DNA from: Mobula birostris
Taxonomy: Eukaryota
Assembly (NCBI RefSeq): GCF_030028105.1
Contig: NC_092396.1
Span: forward strand, 19,365,820 to 19,429,819
DNA: 64,000 bases
Direction of reading: 5' to 3'
A program made the translations under genes and the position numbers. The notes under the pieces were generated by a model. It saw only the letters and a list, made by a program, of their open reading frames with translations. It did no database searches and was not told the DNA's origin. Shown piece by piece: positions 59,512 to 64,000 of this stretch. Position 1 is the first letter of the stretch, and each line of letters starts with the position of its first letter.

Positions 59512-61900
59512 GGCAGTGTGTCGAGGAACCAACTAGAGAGCAGGCTATTCTAGACTGGGTATTGAGCAATGAGGAAGGGTTAATTAGCAATCTTGTTGTG
59601 AGAGGCCCCTTGGGTAAGAGTGACCATAATATGATGGAATTCTTCATTAAGATGGAGAGTGACATAGTTAATTCAGAAACAAAGGTTCTGAACTTATAGA
59701 AGGGTAACTTTGAAGGTATGAAACGTGAATTAGCTAAGATAGACTGGCAAATGACACTTAAAGGGTTGATGGTGGATATGCAATGGCAAGCATTTAAAGA
59801 TCACATGGATGAACTACAACAATTGTTCATCCCAGTTTGGCAAAAGAATAAATCAAGGAAGGTAGTGCACCGTGGCTGACAATGGAAATTAGGGATAGTA
59901 TCAATTCCAAAGAAGAAGCATACAAATTAGCCAGAAAAAGTAGCTCACCTGAGGACTGGGAGAAATTCAGAGTTCAGCAGAGGAGGACAAAAGGCTTATT
60001 TAGGAAGGGGAAAAAGGATTATGAGAGAAAACTGGCAGGGAACATAAAAACTGACTGTAAAAGCTTTTATAGATATGTAAAAAGGAAAAGATTGGTTAAG
60101 ACAAATGTAGGTCCTCTACAGACAGAAACAGGTGAATTGATTATGGGGAGCAAGGACATGGCAGACCAATTGAATAATTACTTTGGTTCTGTCTTCACTA
60201 AGGAGGACATAAATAATCTTCCAGAAATAGTAGGGGACAGAGGGTCCAGTGAGATGGAGGAACTGAGGGAAATACATGTTAGTAGGGAAGTGGTGTTAGG
60301 TAAATTGAAGGGATTAAAGGCAGATAAATCCCCAGGGCCAGATGGTCTGCATCCCAGAGTGCTTAAGGAAGTAGCCCAAGAAATAGTGGATGCATTAGTG
60401 ATAATTTTTCAAAACTCTTTAGATTCTGGACTAGTTCCTGAGGATTGGGGGGTAGCTAATGTAACCCCACTTTTTAAAAAAGGAGGGAGAGAGAAACCTG
60501 GGAATTATAGACCGGTTAGCCTAACATTGGTGGTGGGGAAACTGCTAGAGTCAGTTATCAAAGATGTGATAACAGCACATTTGGAAAACGGTGAAATCAT
60601 CGGACAAAGTCAGCATGGATTTGTGAAAGGAAAATCATGTCTGACGAATCTCATAGAATTTTTTGAGGATGTAACTAGTAGAGTGGATAGGGGAGAACCA
60701 GTGGATGTGGTATATTTGGATTTTCAAAAGACTTTTGACAAGGTCCCACACGGGAGATTAGTGTGCAAACTTAAAGCACACGGTATTGGGGGTAAGGTAT
60801 TGATGTGGATAGAGATTTGGTTGGCAGACAGGAAGCAAAGAGTGGGAATAAACGGGACCTTTTCAGAATGGCAGGCAGTGACTAGTGGGGTACCGCAAGG
60901 CTCAGTGCTGGGACCCCAGTTGTCTACAATATATATTAATGACTTGGATGAGGGAATTAAATGCAGCATCTCCAAGTTTGCGGATGACACGAAGCTGGGC
61001 GGCAGTGTTAACTGTGAGGAGGATGCTAAGAGGATGCAGGGTGACTTGGATAGGTTAGGTGAGTGGGCAAATTCATGGCAGATGCAATTTAATGTGGATA
61101 AATGTGAAGTTATCCACTTTGGTGGCAAAAACAGGAAAAAAGATTATTATCTGAATGGTGGCCGATTAGGAAAAGGGGAGGTGCAACGAGACCTGGGTGT
61201 CATTATACACCAGTCATTGAAAGTGGGCATGCGGGTACAGCAGGCGGTGAAAAAGGCGAATGGTATGCTGGCATTTATAACAAGCGGATTCGAGTACAGG
61301 AGCAGGGAGGTACTACTGCAGTTGTACAAGCCTTGGTGAGACCACACCTGGAGTATTGTGTGCAGTTTTGGTCCCCTAATCTGAGGAAAGACATCCTTGC
61401 CATAGAGGGAGTACAAAGAAGGTTCACCAGATTGATTCCTGGGATGGCAGGACTTTCATATGATGAAAGACTGGATGAACTAGGCTTATACTCGTTGGAA
61501 TTTAGAAGATTGAGGGGGGATCTGATTGAAACGTATAAAATCCTAAAAGGATTGGACAGGCTAGATGCAGGAAGATTGTTCCCGATTTTGGAGAAGTCCA
61601 GAACGAGGGGTCACAGTTTGAGGATAAAGGAGAAGCCTTTTAGGACCGAGATTAGGAAAAACTTCTTCACACAGAGAGTGGTGAATCTGTGGAATTCTCT
61701 GCCACAGGAAACAGTTGAGGCCAGTTCATTGGCTATATTTAAGAGGGAGTTAGATATGGCCCTTGTGGCTAAAGGGATCAGGGGGTATGGAGGGAAGGCT
61801 GGTACAAGGTTGGATGATCAGCCGTGATCATACTGAATGGCGGTGCAGGCTCGAAGGGCCGAATGGCCTACTCCTGCACCTAGTTTCTATGTTTCTATGT
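59512..61900 (+). mobile_element. 5'-truncated CR1 LINE with near-intact RT (ORFs 59882-61339 and 61333-61827)
   Basis: PGPDGLHP, NYRPVSLT, YLDFQKTFD, GVPQGSVLGP, YINDLD, KFADDTK; -1 frameshift near 61330; tail ttctatgtttctatg. Confidence 0.93.
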
Positions 61901-63009
61901 GTCCTCTGCTAGGGACAGTCTCCCAAAAGATGTAGCTGCAGTGAATTGTCCAGCCCCAGCCGTCAGTCCCCGGCTCGGAGAAAGCAAAGTTTCGCAGAGG
62001 AGAAGTGCAGCTGACAAAGGTGGAAATTAATTTTAAAGAAGTCTCTGAAAGGTAGCGTGGCAGCTCATGACGTGGGAGAAGAAGCAACAAAGAAGCACGG
62101 ACAGCTGTTCTCTGCCTGATGGCAAAGCAACAAAGACATCAGCACAACCAGCAAGAATGGGGAATGATGAAGATGGAAAAGGCATGCAGGCTACGAATCT
62201 CGTGAGGGGAGCAAATGGTGGCCCTCATCTCTGGAAAGCTCCGCACAATGTGACTTCTTTGCACCCCCGCTCAGTGAATGTTGAAGAACCTCGAGGTTCG
62301 ATCTGCAGCAGTCCGAGAACACAGGAGCAGCAATCTTGAAGAGAAGAATGGTAAGAAGGTGGCAGATCAGGTCAAGGACTGAGCAAGCGTTCCACTCAAG
62401 CGATTGATTTGATCAGGATTGCCAGTCCTCTAAAGCTGGGGATCTGCTGCAGGGAGACAGCTTTACCATCAGTTAGGTCAAAGAAGTAGCTGGTGACAGT
62501 CTCCTTATGGCAGATGCTGTTTTATGCCCTAGCTCTGAAGAATAAAGGGCTGGTCACCCTACAGGAGCTCCCACTACTGCTCGTAACATCCCAGCTATGG
62601 TTCTGGGTGATGACTTCAGTTGTATCCAGTGGAGCGGACAGATTTACCAGGCACATCCAAACCCCTGATTGAAGCAGTGAAATCTTCAGCACCCAGCAGA
62701 TGGAACATTGAAGACGGGAGCAGATGGGTCAGGCCAGTCCTGGGTGGACATCCTGCTAGTGCCCCAAAGCCCATGGTCAGACCTACCAACAGCACACTGT
62801 CATTATTTTTGTCCACCACCTCCAGGAAGACCAAAAGACTATCAGGGAACATGGAAGATGAAGCTGAAATGGGCTACCCCAGAAATTTTACATTTTAAAG
62901 TGATTTGAAGGACTGGAGAACCGTCTTGCACTAACTCACTGGCCCATGAAACTATTGCAGAGTAGGTCAGCCCCACCGTTACATCTAAATCTAAAACTTC
63001 CTGGTGGGC

Positions 63010-63693
63010 CTAGCTCAGGCCTTCCTTCATCATTTTCAGGAAGACTTGGTTGTCCATCCCTGGATTATCCAACCCGGAATACTCCTCATACGATCGATAT
63101 TTACATTCTGCATAATCCATGACTGTCTCAACAGCTCCTTGAATCACTGCCATTTTCGTTCCCCAGTTACTCTCACCTCCCCCCAGTCGCTGCCTCACTT
63201 CCCCTTTAAAAGAGCGATAATCTTTCTTCATTGCTGGCTTTCCCAGTAGTTGCCCAAGCACCATCCTGCACCCCCAGGCCATCCTGTCTCCCCAGTCTTC
63301 GGGCAGTTTGCTTTTTCCAACACATGTATATATATCTCTAGGGTGTATCCGGTGAATTTCAACCATTTCATCGAGCTTGCACCAGAATTCTGAATTCCCA
63401 CATGCAACTTTAAGGGCAACTCTGACACAATGCTCCGTCTGTTCCTTGGGGGTGAAGGGTTTATAAGTGGTTGTAATCAGAGTCACGGGCTGGCTTGGAT
63501 CATCAGGATTCGCGGCCTGACGTTGCCTGATCTCAGTAGCTGCCCCCCTGACAGATATATCTGGGTAAAACCTCTCCCTGAAATATCTCCACACTACACA
63601 AAATATAAATGACGGATACCAGTTAAACAGCACATACTTAAAACCGCAGAGTATGTATTCCGCAATTTGCCACTTTTGAGCACCCGAACTCAT
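63010..63693 (-). mobile_element. Retroviral/LTR-element gag-like ORF fragment (227 aa)
   Basis: QGAVETVMDY fits the capsid major homology region pattern Q-x3-E-x4-Y; no pol seen downstream. Confidence 0.5.
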
Positions 63694-64000
63694 GATCCCT
63701 TTGCATCACACTCGTAAAACATGCATGTGAAACGAGTATACAGGCCCCCACACTGGCGTCCCGAACCGCCTGCAACTGGTGGCCTCATCTCGCCAAACTA
63801 ACGCAGTTTTGTCTTTTACATAAACACACATACACGCGCATATCACTTTTATATCTACCAGTTCATCTCTCCGTGTTCGTGATACCTCGTGTTCCCATGT
63901 ACCACCGACCCGAACAGATCCAAGTGTGAGTGCTAATTTTTTTTAATTCTCACCCATTTAGACTGCTAAGATCACTGGCCACACGATGAGTCACGAAGGG

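Noticed and set aside
62500-62900. Possible L1/Tx1 endonuclease remnant (MVLGDDFSCI; SWVDILL)
   Set aside because: Similarity is limited to two short degenerate motifs, too weak without a search.

Overview
Repeat-rich vertebrate genomic DNA. The repeat families (CR1/HER1-like LINEs, V-SINEs, Penelope-like fragments) suggest a cartilaginous fish, probably a ray; that assignment is inference. The window holds two six-exon class C GPCR genes of the taste receptor type 1 (TAS1R/T1R) family, arranged head-to-head with start codons about 7.7 kb apart. Gene A (minus strand, 30494->3515) splices through canonical GT-AG junctions into an intact 840-aa T1R1/T1R2-type receptor, possibly TAS1R6 clade. 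Gene B (plus strand, 38151->48816) is a T1R3/T1R4-type subunit with intact splice sites but a frameshift in exon 3 (about 41858-41868) and a premature stop at 41894-41896, so it is a probable recent pseudogene or null allele. Both genes have an octamer (POU-binding) or near-octamer motif about 110-135 bp upstream of the ATG. The rest is mostly transposons: nested CR1 LINEs, a gag-less Gypsy LTR element, a decayed Tc1, a mariner-like MITE, SINEs, a retroviral gag-like fragment, and many Penelope-like fragments carrying degenerate minimal hammerhead-ribozyme motifs. There is no rRNA, true tRNA or CRISPR array.
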